From positions 2,132,578 to 2,196,577 of the forward strand of contig CP136572.1 of NCBI GenBank assembly GCA_035193785.1: a stretch of 64,000 nt of DNA. The letters are read 5' to 3'. The notes below the pieces were generated by a model. The model was given only the letters and a program-made list of their open reading frames with translations. It was not told where the DNA came from and made no database searches. Made by a program: the position numbers and the translations under genes. Below are positions 35,872 through 48,238 of the stretch, one piece after another. How positions within the stretch are numbered: position 1 is the stretch's first letter; each line of letters opens with the position of its first letter. Source of the stretch: Planktothrix sp. GU0601_MAG3 (lineage in GTDB: Bacteria; Cyanobacteriota; Cyanobacteriia; Cyanobacteriales; Microcoleaceae).

Positions 35872-35937
35872 TGTTGTTTCTAAAGTTAAATCCACTAAAG
35901 GTTAATAGGCGATCGCAGTGGTCATCATCCTTGAAAA

Positions 35938-36342
35938 TCACCGCAGGTCGGGGTTCGGTTCCGAGTCCGTTTGTAATTCGATCTCCGGGTTAGATTCAAC
36001 ACTACTCAGTTGCGTAATTCGTTCTAAATACTGACGCCGATAATCTATATTGGCTTTTTGAATATTTTCACGAACCATTTCCGGTAAATAATCAGAAACT
36101 TCCTGTACGAGATGTTCCCGTACCGTCATAATCCGAAACGCCATCTCATGACTTTCTTGGAGCATTTCTTGTAGATAGGCTTCTCCGTCCTGAATTTTCC
36201 CGGTTGAGGAAAACTCACTCAGCCAGATCGCTTGTCCAGGGTTCGTTTCCCGTAGTTGATTCGTGATAATTCTTACAGCCTGATAGGTCAGGTAACTTGC
36301 CAGCACCTTTGATGTTTCTTTCGCAACTTGTTTGATGTCCAT
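35938..36342 (-). CDS. rbcX: RuBisCO chaperone RbcX
   Basis: LASYLTYQAVR..QL.ETNP; between rbcL and rbcS. Confidence 0.97.
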   Translation of the reverse strand: MDIKQVAKETSKVLASYLTYQAVRIITNQLRETNPGQAIWLSEFSSTGKIQDGEAYLQEMLQESHEMAFRIMTVREHLVQEVSDYLPEMVRENIQKANIDYRRQYLERITQLSSVESNPEIELQTDSEPNPDLR

Positions 36343-36367
36343 AGGCTGACCCTAACCCTCTTGATTA

Positions 36368-36470
36368 TGGATTTAGATTTTAGATTTTGGATTGAGTTGT
36401 AACCACAACCGACCTGATTTGTCAAGTCTTACCCAAAATCCAAAATCTTCAATCTTCAATCCTCAATCTG
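36368..36470. repeat. Inverted heptamer arrays in the rbcL-rbcX spacer
   Basis: gattttagattttggatt versus aatccaaaatc(ttcaatc)n. Confidence 0.65.
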
Positions 36471-36477
36471 GAATCAA

Positions 36478-37909
36478 TTAGACGGTATCCATTGACTCGA
36501 ACTCAAACTTGATTTCTTTCCAGAGTTCGCAAGCAACGGCCAGTTTCAGGAGACCATTTGCAAGCTTCACGGATAACGTCGCCGCCTTCACGCATGAGGT
36601 TGCGACCTTCGTTACGCGCTTGAACACAAGCTTCCAGGGCCACACGGTTAGCGGTAGCACCAGGAGCATTACCCCAGGGGTGTCCGAGGGTTCCACCACC
36701 GAACTGTAAGCAAGAGTCATCGCCGAAGATTTCCACCAGGGCGGGCATGTGCCAAACGTGAATCCCACCGGAAGCCACGGGCATAACACCAGGCATAGAA
36801 GCCCAATCTTGGGTGAAGTAGATACCACGAGAGCGATCGACTTCCACGTGATCTTCACGCATCAAGTCAACGAAGCCCATGGTGATGCCTTTTTCCCCTT
36901 CGAGTTTACCCACAACGGTACCGGAGTGCAGGTGGTCACCACCAGACATCCGTAAGCATTTGGCTAACACACGGAAGTGAATCCCATGATTTTTTTGACG
37001 GTCAATCACAGCGTGCATAGCACGGTGGATGTGAAGTAACACGCCATTGCGACGACACCATTTGGCCAAGGTGGTATTAGCAGTGAAACCACCTGTCAGG
37101 TAGTCGTGCATGATGATCGGGGTTTTGATTTCTTTAGCGAACTCAGCCCGTTCCATCATTTCTTCGCAGGTGGGGGCGGTCACGTTTAAGTAGTGGCCTT
37201 TGATTTCCCCGGTTTCTGCTTGAGCTTTTTCGATGGCTTCTTGAACAAACAGGAAGCGATCGCGCCAGCGCATAAAAGGCTGGGAGTTGATGTTTTCGTC
37301 GTCTTTGGTGAAGTCTAAACCACCGCGTAAGCACTCATAGACGGCGCGGCCATAGTTTTTGGCAGACAGACCGAGTTTAGGCTTAATCGTACAGCCGAGG
37401 AGAGGACGACCGTATTTGTTTAATTTATCGCGCTCAACGGTAATCCCGTGAGGAGGGCCTTGGAAGGTTTTCAGGTAAGCGATGGGGATGCGTAAATCTT
37501 CTAAACGCAGTGACCGCAGGGCTTTGAAACCAAACACGTTACCGACTAAAGAGGTCAGTAAGTTGGTGACAGAACCTTCCTCAAACAGATCCAGAGGATA
37601 GGCGACGTAGCAAATATATTGGTTATCTTCACCGGGAACGGGTTCGACTTCATAACAACGACCTTTATAGCGGTCGAGGTCAGTCAGTAAGTCCGTCCAC
37701 ACCGTTGTCCAAGTTCCAGTCGAGGATTCAGCAGCAACAGCAGCGCCAGCTTCTTCCGGGGGTACTCCAGGTTGAGGACTCATCCGAAAAGCAGCCAGAA
37801 CGTCTGTATCTTTTGGTGTATAGTCAGGCGTGTAATAGGTCAGTTTATAGTCCTGTACACCAGCTTTATAGCCAGATTTGGACTTGGTTTGTGTTTGAGA
37901 GTAAGACAT
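36478..37909 (-). CDS. rbcL: RuBisCO large subunit, form IB; frameshift at 36543
   Basis: [19 protein letters not shown]; corrected C-terminus [22 protein letters not shown]. Confidence 0.99.
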
Positions 37910-38460
37910 ATCTCCCTTAAAGCTCCCTTTGTTTAGGAATCGATTATTTTATGCACGGATTGGCAATTGATTAAAATAGTATCAAGAAACGAGTCATTGC
38001 AACGTTGAATCTTTTTAATATTTTTATAACATTTGTTTATATTTCTTCGTATTTTGGAATATTTCCCTCAGATCCTGGTGGTTTTTTCGCTTACATACCA
38101 CTAAAACGACTTTTTTTATATTAAGTCTTATGAAATAAATTTTGATTAACAGAATAAGTGATTTTACTTAACTATTTTTTGAAATTTGGATTGCATAATC
38201 ATAGTCAGTTGTCAAGCAGAACATCATCGGTAATTTCAGATTTCCAATTAAAGTTAGGCCAGGGAAATTGAGTCTTGCCTACTTAGGATAGGTAACAGTT
38301 TTATCCCCGATTTTAACTTTCAAGCTCTATAAATAGTCTAAAGTCTATAGTAAATTTATTAGCAATTGATTTAAGTCAATCATAACAAAACCGGGCTATG
38401 GGTGAAACTGTTCGTTAAGATGGTTATTAACGCAATACCACTGAGTGTTTATCGCCCATT

Positions 38461-40214
38461 GTGACCCCACCCACCATCCATTGTATTAATCCCCAATGCT
38501 CCCACCCCTCAAATCAACCTTGGGGGAATAAATTTTGTCAGAGTTGTGGCGCCCCCCTACAACTGAACCAACGCTATATTCCCTTACACAATTTAGGAAA
38601 CCGGGGGATTTTCCCGTCTTTATACCGTCTGGGATCTCAAAGCCCAAACCGAAAAAGTCCTGAAAGTCCTGGTGGAACCCTCCCCGAAGGCCCTAGAACT
38701 CTTTGAACACGAAGCGGCGGTTTTAGCCCAATTACGCCATCCAGGAGTTCCTCGGGTCGAAGCCGATGGCTATTTTTATTTAAAAAAACGTCATGGCTCC
38801 GAAGGCCATCTCCCCTGTTTGGTGATGGAAAAAATTAATGGCCCCACCCTACAGGAAATTTTAGGGCAATATCCCCAGGGCTGTCCCGAAGACTGGGTGA
38901 TCAGTTGGCTATCCCAAGCCTTAGATATATTGAGAGAATTGCACGGCTATCAAATTATTCATCGAGACATTAAACCCTCAAACGTTATGTTGCGGGTGAC
39001 ACCCGGCGGCAAGGGGGGACAAGTTTCGGACACCCAATTGGTGATGATTGACTTTGGAGGCGCCAAACAAATTGGCCCTGTCCCCCATAGCGATCGCGAA
39101 ACCAGTCCCCGCAGTAGCACCCGCCTAATTTCCGCCGGATATAGTCCCCCGGAACAGGTGATGGGGGCGATGGTCGGGCCAGCAACGGATTTCTACGCCT
39201 TGGGACGCACCTGTATTCATTTATTAACGGGTCAATTTCCCGGGGACTTAGATGATGCTTACACTGGGGAATTGCGTTGGCGAGAAAAAGCCCTGGTCAG
39301 TGCCGGGTTTGCTAATTTATTAGAGCGCATGGTGCAACTCGACCCCCGCCAACGTCCCCAAACCGCTAAGGAAATTCAAACGGACATCTTTAGAATTATT
39401 CGACAGAAAAAACATCCTCGACGGATGATGTCTTCCCATCAACGGTTTCTTTGAGCATCTGACAACGACTTTAATTCAATGGGATCAAAGATTAATTAAA
39501 CTGTTTTTGGGAATCGGAAAATTAACCATACATTCTGTTCGGGGTTTAGTTGAAACCAGTTGGGAAATTGCCTTATCTGGAACAGGATCGATTGTCGGAA
39601 CAGTAATTGGATCAATATTAATTTATTTCCCTGGGTTAAGGTTAGGAAAAACCATTACCGTTATTTTAGCGCATGAATTACCAGAAATTTTGCCTAATGT
39701 TCCCCTAACTTTAGGCGCGGAAGTGTTAGTTTGGGGATTAGCTGGATTAGGAGCAGGAATTGGATTAACCGATGCGGGGGGGTTTGGTCAACGTCGCCGT
39801 TATTTTTTAGCTGGAATCATGGGAATGTTAGGCTATATTGTGGGGGGAGCCAGTGAACAACTGATCAACAATTTAAAAAATATAGGTCTTCAGGGATGGG
39901 AATTAGAATTGTTTAATCAACTCCCTTTCGGAATAGCCGCCGGGTTAGTAACTTTAGGTTTAGGATTACGCAATGATCAAATATTTCAGGGGATTTTTGT
40001 TTTATTAACCGTTACTACCCTATTTTTTGGTTTTAATCAATTTGATATTTTGCCTCCAGAACTGTTAAAGTTTCCTACCGAAATGCAAGATCCTAATTTA
40101 TCCCAATTTTGGCACAATTTAGGATTTATGGCATTACTCAGTGGCACAACAGCTTTCTGTTTAGGAATAACTCACTATTTCATTCTTCCCCTATTTCGAT
40201 GGATCAGAAATTAG
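38461..40214 (+). CDS. Ser/Thr protein kinase with 4-Cys N-terminal prefix and C-terminal membrane domain; frameshifts at 38597, 39445
   Basis: CINPQC..CQSCG, HRDIKPSN, IDFG, GYSPPEQ, hydrophobic C-terminus. Confidence 0.88.
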
Positions 40215-40225
40215 TTATAGTTTTC

Positions 40226-40286
40226 AGATTCCGACAGATTGAAATCTGTCGCTACACAGACGAAACCCGCCGACGCGGGTTTTGAA
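40226..40286. repeat. Double-hairpin dispersed repeat between convergent genes
   Basis: GACAGATT-ga-AATCTGTC and AAACCCGC-cgac-GCGGGTTT. Confidence 0.6.
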
Positions 40287-40332
40287 ATCAAATATTCCTC
40301 ACTAGATTATATAGTTTAACTACCAAACTATT

Positions 40333-41178
40333 TTATTTCTTTTTAATTTCAGCTTTTGGAGATTTATCAGGAATAGTATATTTTAATTCCCCATCTTTTT
40401 GAACTTCCAATTTAACTCCTAATTTAATTAATTCTTGAATTGCTCTTTTTCTAACTAGCTTATCTTGTGTAGCACTATAAACCATCAACCAAGATTGAAT
40501 GCGGATTAATTTATTATCAGGATTTTTTCTTAAAGCCTCAGCAAATTCGCGTAAACGAGGGGAAAAGCCTTGATCCGGTGTTCCTTCTACCCACTTTGCT
40601 GCCATCTCATGGGATTTAATTGAAGCCTGAGTATCACCAATTAATAATAATTCATCAATGCCTTTGACTCTCCAAACTACCCAAGATTGAGGATTTTTTT
40701 CTGGGGAAATAGATTTCAACCCCCTATCTATCAATTTAACAGTTAAATCAGGTCTGGCTTGGTAAAAAGAAACCGATGTAGATAGAAAATTGTACATTTC
40801 TACCCAAAGAGGATCGTGAGTAACTATGACCTCAAAATAATCATCTAACAGTTCATAATCTGTTTGCTCACGCGCTAAATCATCCCCAAAATATTGCAGA
40901 AAATTTAAAAATGTCCAATCCGCCACCAAATTCCCATAACCCAATGTGGGGAGTTTTTGAAGTAATCCTAACCGCGCCGCCTCCCGCTCTTTCGCTCGTT
41001 GGGCTGCGATCTTAGCTTCCTTATCCAGTTGTTTTGTTGGCACGCGAGAAAGTTCTAAGCCACCCGCAGCATAGAGTTGTATGGTGATAATACCGACTAA
41101 GGCAATTCCAGCGATCGCCATCGGCATCAGGAAAGACAATCCTTTTGGCAAAGCAGACTTAACTAAAAGATGAACCAC
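40333..41178 (-). CDS. Conserved cyanobacterial membrane-anchored hypothetical protein
   Basis: N-terminal TM; NLVADWTFLNFLQYFGD motif. Confidence 0.6.
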   Translation of the reverse strand: MVHLLVKSALPKGLSFLMPMAIAGIALVGIITIQLYAAGGLELSRVPTKQLDKEAKIAAQRAKEREAARLGLLQKLPTLGYGNLVADWTFLNFLQYFGDDLAREQTDYELLDDYFEVIVTHDPLWVEMYNFLSTSVSFYQARPDLTVKLIDRGLKSISPEKNPQSWVVWRVKGIDELLLIGDTQASIKSHEMAAKWVEGTPDQGFSPRLREFAEALRKNPDNKLIRIQSWLMVYSATQDKLVRKRAIQELIKLGVKLEVQKDGELKYTIPDKSPKAEIKKK

Positions 41179-41355
41179 AATTTTTGCTAAAACTCCTGGA
41201 GTCCCGGCAATAATATCATGAATTTTTTCACCAGATTTGAAAAACTCAAGTTAGACTTTTATTGCAGGTGTAATCGGTCGGGAGTGATAGTTTTATCTAT
41301 CATTAACGGCAAACCCGCCCATCTAATTATACCTCAAGCTATAATCAGAGCAGAA

Positions 41356-43458
41356 GTGCGAGACGTTCTTGCCAAAGTCTAGGGTTAAACCCCGAAACGT
41401 AAGCAAGGAGGTAGGTTCAGACAACTGGTATATGGCGTCAAATCCACTAATAAAACCAGTCAAGCCTGTCTTAACTTTGGAAATGTGACCTTAAAGGAAG
41501 GTCAATCTCGGAGTCAATGGTGCGGCTTACCGAACATCATAATACGGTAGCCAAAACCAAAGAGATTCGGCAATTCCCACAGTGCCAGACTGATTATCAA
41601 AACACTGAAGCTGGGAATATCGGGAAATCGGGCATAAGTCAAATGCTTAAGTAGTTTCCCTATCCAATTGCCCAAGAATAACTCAAGTGAACATCCGTCT
41701 TGAACTGTCGTAATGATTAAGTAGCGAAATTGACTTGATCACGCTGCGTTCAAAAGAACAAGGAGAAAAGATAGAAGTTTCTATATACTTCTATAAAAGG
41801 TAAGGTTTTTTTCTGCGACACTTACTAAGACTCCCAAAAGTACCCCGGCAGATAGGATGATTCTAAAGGCAATAATCCCATTTTTCAAGGAACGTCAAAA
41901 CTCCTCATTAACTCCTACAGAGATCGAATACTGTTAGGTAGCCACAAATCTAAGGCGGATGTTATGAGGGGGAGAGATGGATTCTGAAGCTAATGCCTAA
42001 ATGTAATGTTGAGGATACGCTGATAGATTCCGGTTTAGTTGTTAGGTAAAGTCTCAATTAGCAGTATAAACGGTGAAAACGAGTTTTAAGACTACGGAAA
42101 CATGGAATACAATCAACTGGGCGAAAGTTCAAAGGAAAGTATTCAAGCTGCAAAAACGAATTTACCAGGCATCATTATCGGGACAAAATGCGACAGCACG
42201 GAAGCTCCAAAAACTTCTAGTTAAGTCATACTACGCCAAACTCTTATCCATAAGAAGGGTAACTCAAGATAATCAAGGCAAGAGAACAGCCGGGGTAGAT
42301 GGGGTCAAATCCATCACACCCAAACAACGATTAGAACTTGCCCAAAACTTGAATAAACACCAAAAGGCGAAACCCCTCCGACGGAAATGGATACCCAAAC
42401 CCAACGGAGAAAAACGCCCTCTAGGAATCCCGACCATAGAAGACAGAGCTAGGCAAGCCTTGGTAAAAGCTGCATTAGAGCCACAATGGGAAGCCAGATT
42501 CGAGGGTGAAAGCTACGGATTCAGACCTGGACGTTCTACCCATGACGCAATGTCACGAATCTTTCAAGGCATCAATAAGGGTGAATACTACATCCTGGAT
42601 GCTGATATCTCAAAATGCTTTGACCAGATTAACCATGAATACCTACTGTCTAAAATAGATTGTCCATCAACAATGAAAGCCCAAATCAAACAATGGTTAA
42701 AAGCTGGAGTTATGGACAACGGCATATTTAACGCAACAGAGGCAGGCACTCCACAAGGAGGAGTCATCAGTCCTCTACTTGCTAACATCGCACTGGATGG
42801 AATGATTAGGCTCATTGATAACAAATTCCCTAAAAAGAAAGGTTGTCTTGTAGCCAAAGTTATCAGATATGCCGATGACTTTGTTGTAATAAGTCCACAA
42901 CTAGAAGTTATTCAACAGTGCCAAATTGTCATCGAAGAATGGTTAAAACCGATAGGGTTAGAACTGAAACCAGCAAAAACCCGAATATGCCACACACTAA
43001 AAGAAATTGAAGTTAAAGGCGAAAAGGTAGCACCAGGATTCGACTTTCTAGGATGGAATTTCCGACAATACCCAGTTGGTAAACACCACTCTGGGAAAAC
43101 AGGAAGTATAAATTCCAAATTAATAGGATTCAAAACCCTAATCAAACCTAGTAAGAAGGCAATTAAAGCTCACGCGGATAAGGTAAAGCAAGTGATTAAA
43201 ACCCACAAAACTGCACCCCAATACGCATTAATTAAACGCCTAAATCCGATAATTAGAGGATGGTGTAACTACCATTCCAAAGTCGTTTCTAAAGAAACGT
43301 TCTCCTCTATGGACAATATTAACTGGCAAAGATTAAGAGCATGGACAGTCAGCCGATGCGGAAAGGCAAATTACGGGAAACTGAAAAACTATTTCAGGAG
43401 AGACGGCAACAAGGCATGGAGTTTTGAAACCAAAGATGGTTATAAACTACACAATTAG
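41356..43458 (+). mobile_element. Group II intron, 3'-truncated (no domain V/VI visible)
   Basis: Canonical-like 5' GTGCG at 41356, ~700-nt non-coding leader, RT ORF; no D5-like sequence found after the ORF. Confidence 0.8.
42073..43458 (+). CDS. Group II intron reverse transcriptase/maturase lacking the DNA-binding/HNH C-terminus
   Basis: TAGVDG, RPLGIPTIEDR, SYGFRPGRS, GTPQGGVISPLLANI, RYADD, FDFLG, LNPIIRGWCNY. Confidence 0.93.
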   Translation: MKTSFKTTETWNTINWAKVQRKVFKLQKRIYQASLSGQNATARKLQKLLVKSYYAKLLSIRRVTQDNQGKRTAGVDGVKSITPKQRLELAQNLNKHQKAKPLRRKWIPKPNGEKRPLGIPTIEDRARQALVKAALEPQWEARFEGESYGFRPGRSTHDAMSRIFQGINKGEYYILDADISKCFDQINHEYLLSKIDCPSTMKAQIKQWLKAGVMDNGIFNATEAGTPQGGVISPLLANIALDGMIRLIDNKFPKKKGCLVAKVIRYADDFVVISPQLEVIQQCQIVIEEWLKPIGLELKPAKTRICHTLKEIEVKGEKVAPGFDFLGWNFRQYPVGKHHSGKTGSINSKLIGFKTLIKPSKKAIKAHADKVKQVIKTHKTAPQYALIKRLNPIIRGWCNYHSKVVSKETFSSMDNINWQRLRAWTVSRCGKANYGKLKNYFRRDGNKAWSFETKDGYKLHN

Positions 43459-43753
43459 GTCAGGAAAATCCCCGCGCCATCGTGAAGGATCACTGGAGGT
43501 TCTTTTTTGGCGACGGTTTCTGCACCCTCTATATTTAGCAATCGAGTTAGGTTGAGGTAGGGCATAACTTGTTTTTGTCCATCCCCCTCAAATCAGGAAA
43601 AATGGCACGGGAAAATAGTAAAGATCGCTGATCTGAACCCGTTTTTTCCTTTTCCCAGTCGATTCAAAACCGGATCACTTTAAAATTAAATCTAGGCTTT
43701 CCATCCTGACTCTAACGAGGAGTTAAGGATATCAAGCGATATAGGGAGACTCA

Positions 43754-45053
43754 ATGAATCAAAACGTTAAACGCTTTTCTGTGCTCCGTCAGGCTTTATT
43801 TACGGGGGCGATCGCAGCCGTTACCGCTTTCGTCATGCCCGCTTGGAGTAGTGGCATCAGTACCCCCCTCAAAGATAGTCCTAAAGCCGTATTGGATGAG
43901 GCTTGGCAGATTGTTTTTCGGGAATTTGTTGATGGCAAGTTTAACCAAGTCAACTGGCAAGCCCAAAGGGAAGAACTCCTGAGCAAGAACTATACTTCCC
44001 GGGAGGAAGCCTATACAGCCCTGCGAAAAGCCCTAGAAAAACTCCAAGATCCCTATACTCGCTTCATGGATCCCAAACAGTATGAGGCGTTGACGAATCA
44101 AACGGCGGGGGAACTCTCCGGGGTGGGAATGCAGTTGACCCTGGATGAAAAAACTAAGGCCATTACCGTTGTCGAACCGATTAAAAATTCTCCCGCCATC
44201 AAAGCTGGAATTTTAGCTGGGGATCAGGTACTTTCTATTGATGGAGTCTCCACCACTGGTATGACCGTGGAACAAGCGGCCAATAAAATTCGGGGGGCCG
44301 TGGGCACCGATGTCAATTTGCGGATTGGACGGGAAGGAGAAAAAGAATTCGATTTGACCCTGACCCGCGCCCGAATTGAGTTAGAAACCGTTACCTATCG
44401 TGTTAATAACGAAGGAAATCGCAAAATTGGTTATATTCAACTGCAGGAATTTAATTCCCATGCGGCTGAACAAATGCAAGCCGCAATTCAAGCCCTAACC
44501 AAAGAAAATGTTCAGGCTTTTGTTCTGGATTTACGGGGAAATCCCGGGGGATTATTGCGTACCAGTATTGATATTGCTAGGATGTGGATGGATACGGGGG
44601 CAATTGTCAGTACCGTTGATCGTGATGGCAAAACCCAGGAAATTCGCAACAACCGCACGGCGATTACCAAATTACCGGTTGTGGTTTTAGTCGATGGTAA
44701 TTCCGCCAGTGCTAGTGAAATTTTGGCCGGAGCATTGAAAGATAATCAACGGGGTGTGGTGACGGGAACTCAAACCTTTGGTAAGGCGCTAGTCCAGTCG
44801 GTGTTTGCTCTCTCCGATGGTTTCCGGGTTGGCAGTAACGATCGCCCATTATTACACGCCCAGTGGAACTGACATTAGCCATAAGGGAGTGACTCCCGAT
44901 GTTAAGGTCGATATCTCTGATGAGCAGAAAAAACAATTGGCTACTGATCCTAAGTTAGTGGGAACATCCCAAGATCCTTTCTATGTCAGAGCTATTTCCA
45001 TTCTCGCCGGGGTGGGTGGAAATCGACCCTTAGCCATTAACGAGTCTAAGTAA
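43754..45053 (+). CDS. ctpB: Carboxyl-terminal processing protease (S41A, CtpB-like); frameshift at 44820
   Basis: DPYTRF, PDZ, DLRGNPGG, SASASEI, TFGK, YYTPSG; paralog assignment tentative. Confidence 0.85.
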
Positions 45054-45270
45054 TCGGTTTTCGGGTATTTAACTCTATCTTCAGGTCGTGAGAGGACTCC
45101 CGCCGAGCGCGTTAGACTGCGGCGTGGGCTTAGTAGGATGCTGATACCGAACCAGGATGATCCCCCCTAACCCATAAAAAACGGGGGGATTTGTAGCAGA
45201 CCTTTACTAATTTCATATAAAAATTGTTGAAACTTTCTATTCCCATTTTTCCATCCGAGCGCAAAAAACT

Positions 45271-48082
45271 GTGAATCAAAGCCTTGAAGACTTAATGCAA
45301 TCGGCGATCGCTAATTTAGATGTGGGAAATCTGCGAGAAGCTCATCAGACAATCTCGCAAATTTTAGCACTAGATCCCGATCATGCTCAAACTTATAAAA
45401 TTTTAGGGGATTGGTATGAAGTACAAGGATTATTTCCAGAAGCCATTTCCGCCTATAAAAAGGCAATTAAATTACAACCGGATTTTGTAGAAGCCTATGG
45501 CTATTTAGCTCAAGTTTTACGCAATACTGGCGAGTTTGATCAAGCTTTTTTCTGTTATAAAAAAGCCCTAAATCTGCGTCCTGGTTGGACAGAATTATAT
45601 TTTCAATGGGGTCAGGCTTATTTGTGGAGTGGAGATGTTCCAAGAGCGATTAGATGCTATCAAAAAACCTTACAACAAAATCCTAATCATGTTCATTCCT
45701 ATTTTGCCTTAGCCATAGTTTATGGGCAATTGGGAGATACAAAACGAGCCATTTCCCTCTATCAACGAGTGATTCATCTGCAACCAGATTTTGCTAATGC
45801 CTATAATAATTTAGGGTGTTTATTATTTGAAAATAATGATTATATCGGAGCATTAGAAGTCTGGGAAAAATCATTAATTTATAATGATAATGAAATAGAA
45901 AAATCATTAATATATAATAATATTGGTCAAGTATTTGCAGCCCAAGGAAAAATAAAAGAAGCCATTCAATCATATTTTCAAGCCCTAGAAAGAAAAAAAG
46001 ATTTTCCTCTGGTTTATACTAATTTAGGAAAAATTCTTCAGCAACAAAATCAACACGCTACCGCAGTCTTTTGCTTTGAAAAAGTTATTGATTTAGAGCC
46101 TAATAATATATTTGCCTATACCGACTGTGGAGCTTCTTTAATCAAGTTAGGAAAACTGGATACTGCGTTAAGTTGTTTTAAAAAAATTATTGAGCTAGAA
46201 CCTAAATTTGTGGAGGGTTACTGTCAGGGAGTGAAGCAACTTTCTGGATCGGATGAATTATCTTTAGCTAGAAAGTCCTGTGCTGATTTCCTCACAGCAT
46301 TACAACAGGATGATACCCCCCTAACCCCCTTTCCCCAAGGAGATACAGATATTTCCACTGTCCCCATCCCAGAGCCAGGGGGAGCTAGGAAGGATAAAAC
46401 TGTCCATAAACATCTCTATCAAACCTATCTCCACCTGGGAAATACTTTAGATATTTATGGCAGGCTTGATCAGGCTATATTTTACTACCAAAAAGCCGCA
46501 GAAATTCAACCTTATTTAGTAGAAATTTATCTAAAATTAGGCAATTGTTTATTTAAAAATCAACAACTCAATACAGCTTTAACAGTTTATCAAACGGCTC
46601 GTGTTTTACTCAAACGGTCGTCTAATTTTTCCCCTGCTCAGTTCCTGGAAATAAATTTACAATTGGGTAGAATTCTGGAAAAACAAGGATATTGGGAATC
46701 TGCAACCGATTACTATAGTAAAGTTTTACAAATGCAGCAGGAAAAGGGGTTTGATTCTTGGGTGAATCAGTCTCCCTCCACCTTAAATCTACTGCAAGAA
46801 TGGGCTAATGAACCCTATATTCAACGGACGGATATTCCCCAAGGAGTTTGTGATTCAACCCTAACATGGCTGACAAATAATAATTTACAGGATAGCCATT
46901 ATTGTAATCTATCGGGATTATTGGGTTCGGGATATCAAAACTTGGAGAAATGGTCACAGACCACATCTAAACCGGATAAATGTGGGGGTTTAGATTGTGA
47001 AATCTGTCTCAAGAATGTGTTCAAATCTTTTCAGTGGCAAAATTTGGGATATGGGATTCAAAAATGTGCAAATTCAAAAAATCACCCCAGTTTCAACTCC
47101 TTTATTTGTAGCCGTAATTCCTAATGGACGAGCCTGGATTGTTCCGAAACGGAATTATTGGATGGTTTGCAATGCGATCGCCATTATCACACCCGATCAC
47201 CAAATGTTAGCAGATGTCTCCCGGGAATATCCCGCCCCCCTGCCCGGTTGTCCCAGTTATGACCCCCAAAAGCATCAAGTTTTTCAACGGTCACAATTGC
47301 CTCCCATCGAGATCATTGAAGGTTGGGTTGCGGTATTATCGGGGTTGTCGGGAAATGTCTATTTCCATTGGATGGTGGATGTTTTACCAAGACTGGAGCT
47401 ATTGCGCCAAAGTGGGATCAATTTCGATCAAATTGATTGGTTTTTGGTGAATAGTTACCAAGCACCATTTCAACGGGAAACCTTAACACACTTAGGAATT
47501 CCAGAGTTTAAAATTTTAGAAAGTGATCAATTTCCCCATATCCAGGCACAACAGCTAATTGTTCCCTCCTTTGCCGGATATACGGGATGGTTGCAACCCT
47601 GGGCAATTGATACTTTGCGCCGTTGGTTTCTTCCTGGGGGTCAAACTCCGGGGAGGAATTATCCCGAACGGATTTATATTAGTCGGGGAGATGCCAGCTA
47701 TCGTCGGGTTTTAAATGAAGACGAGGTGATGGAAACCCTACGTCCCTGGGGGTTTGTTCCGGTAAAACTTGAAACCCTATCCTTTGCCGAACAGGTGGCT
47801 CTGTTTGCTCAGGCTAAGGTAATTATGGGTGCCCATGGAAGTGGTTTAACTAATATTCTGTTTTGTCAACCCGGAACCCAAGTAATTGAGTTCATGTCTG
47901 CTCACTATAATCGTCATTATTATTGGGTGATTAGTCAATATCTGGGATTAGAACATTATTGCTTGACGGGGGAGGGATTTTCCTGCTATTCCCTGCGGGC
48001 GTTAATGTATCAAAATTCCTTGACGGAAGATATTTGGGTGAATCTTGTTTCCTTGAAACGGTTATTAAAAATGTTGAAATAA
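45271..48082 (+). CDS. TPR-repeat protein with C-terminal GT61/DUF563 domain; frameshift at 47090
   Basis: TPRs; YFHWMVDVLPRL, IYISR, RRVLNE, GAHGSGLTN. Confidence 0.85.
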
Positions 48083-48110
48083 CTATTAATATTAAGTTGG
48101 ATGGAAGATT

Positions 48111-48197
48111 TTGAAACACAAAGACACAGAGACACTGAGAAGTGAGGATGGGAACAGACCGGATGTAAATCTTCGTGCCTTTGTGCCTTCGTGGTTC
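48111..48197. repeat. Imperfect intergenic inverted repeat
   Basis: aacacaaagacacagag...ctttgtgccttcgtggtt. Confidence 0.5.
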
Positions 48198-48238
48198 ACT
48201 TGGTGATAAAATATCAATTGTCTGAACTGAAACTAACT

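Noticed and set aside
35581..37920. Short alternative-frame and antisense ORFs in rbcLXS, ftn2, the RT and glycan genes
   Set aside because: They overlap well-supported genes and have no recognisable motifs; the 36478-36858 ORF only supplies the corrected rbcL C-terminus.
43427..43431. GAAAC near the RT end as the cause of truncation
   Set aside because: The frame through it (WSFETKDGYKL) matches the expected protein, and domains V/VI are missing regardless.
42073..43458. DGR or retron reverse transcriptase, or a link between the RT and the repeat expansion
   Set aside because: Motifs, X domain and GTGCG 5' end are group II intron-type; no TR/VR pair, avd or msr-msd seen; nothing links it to the repeat 26 kb away.
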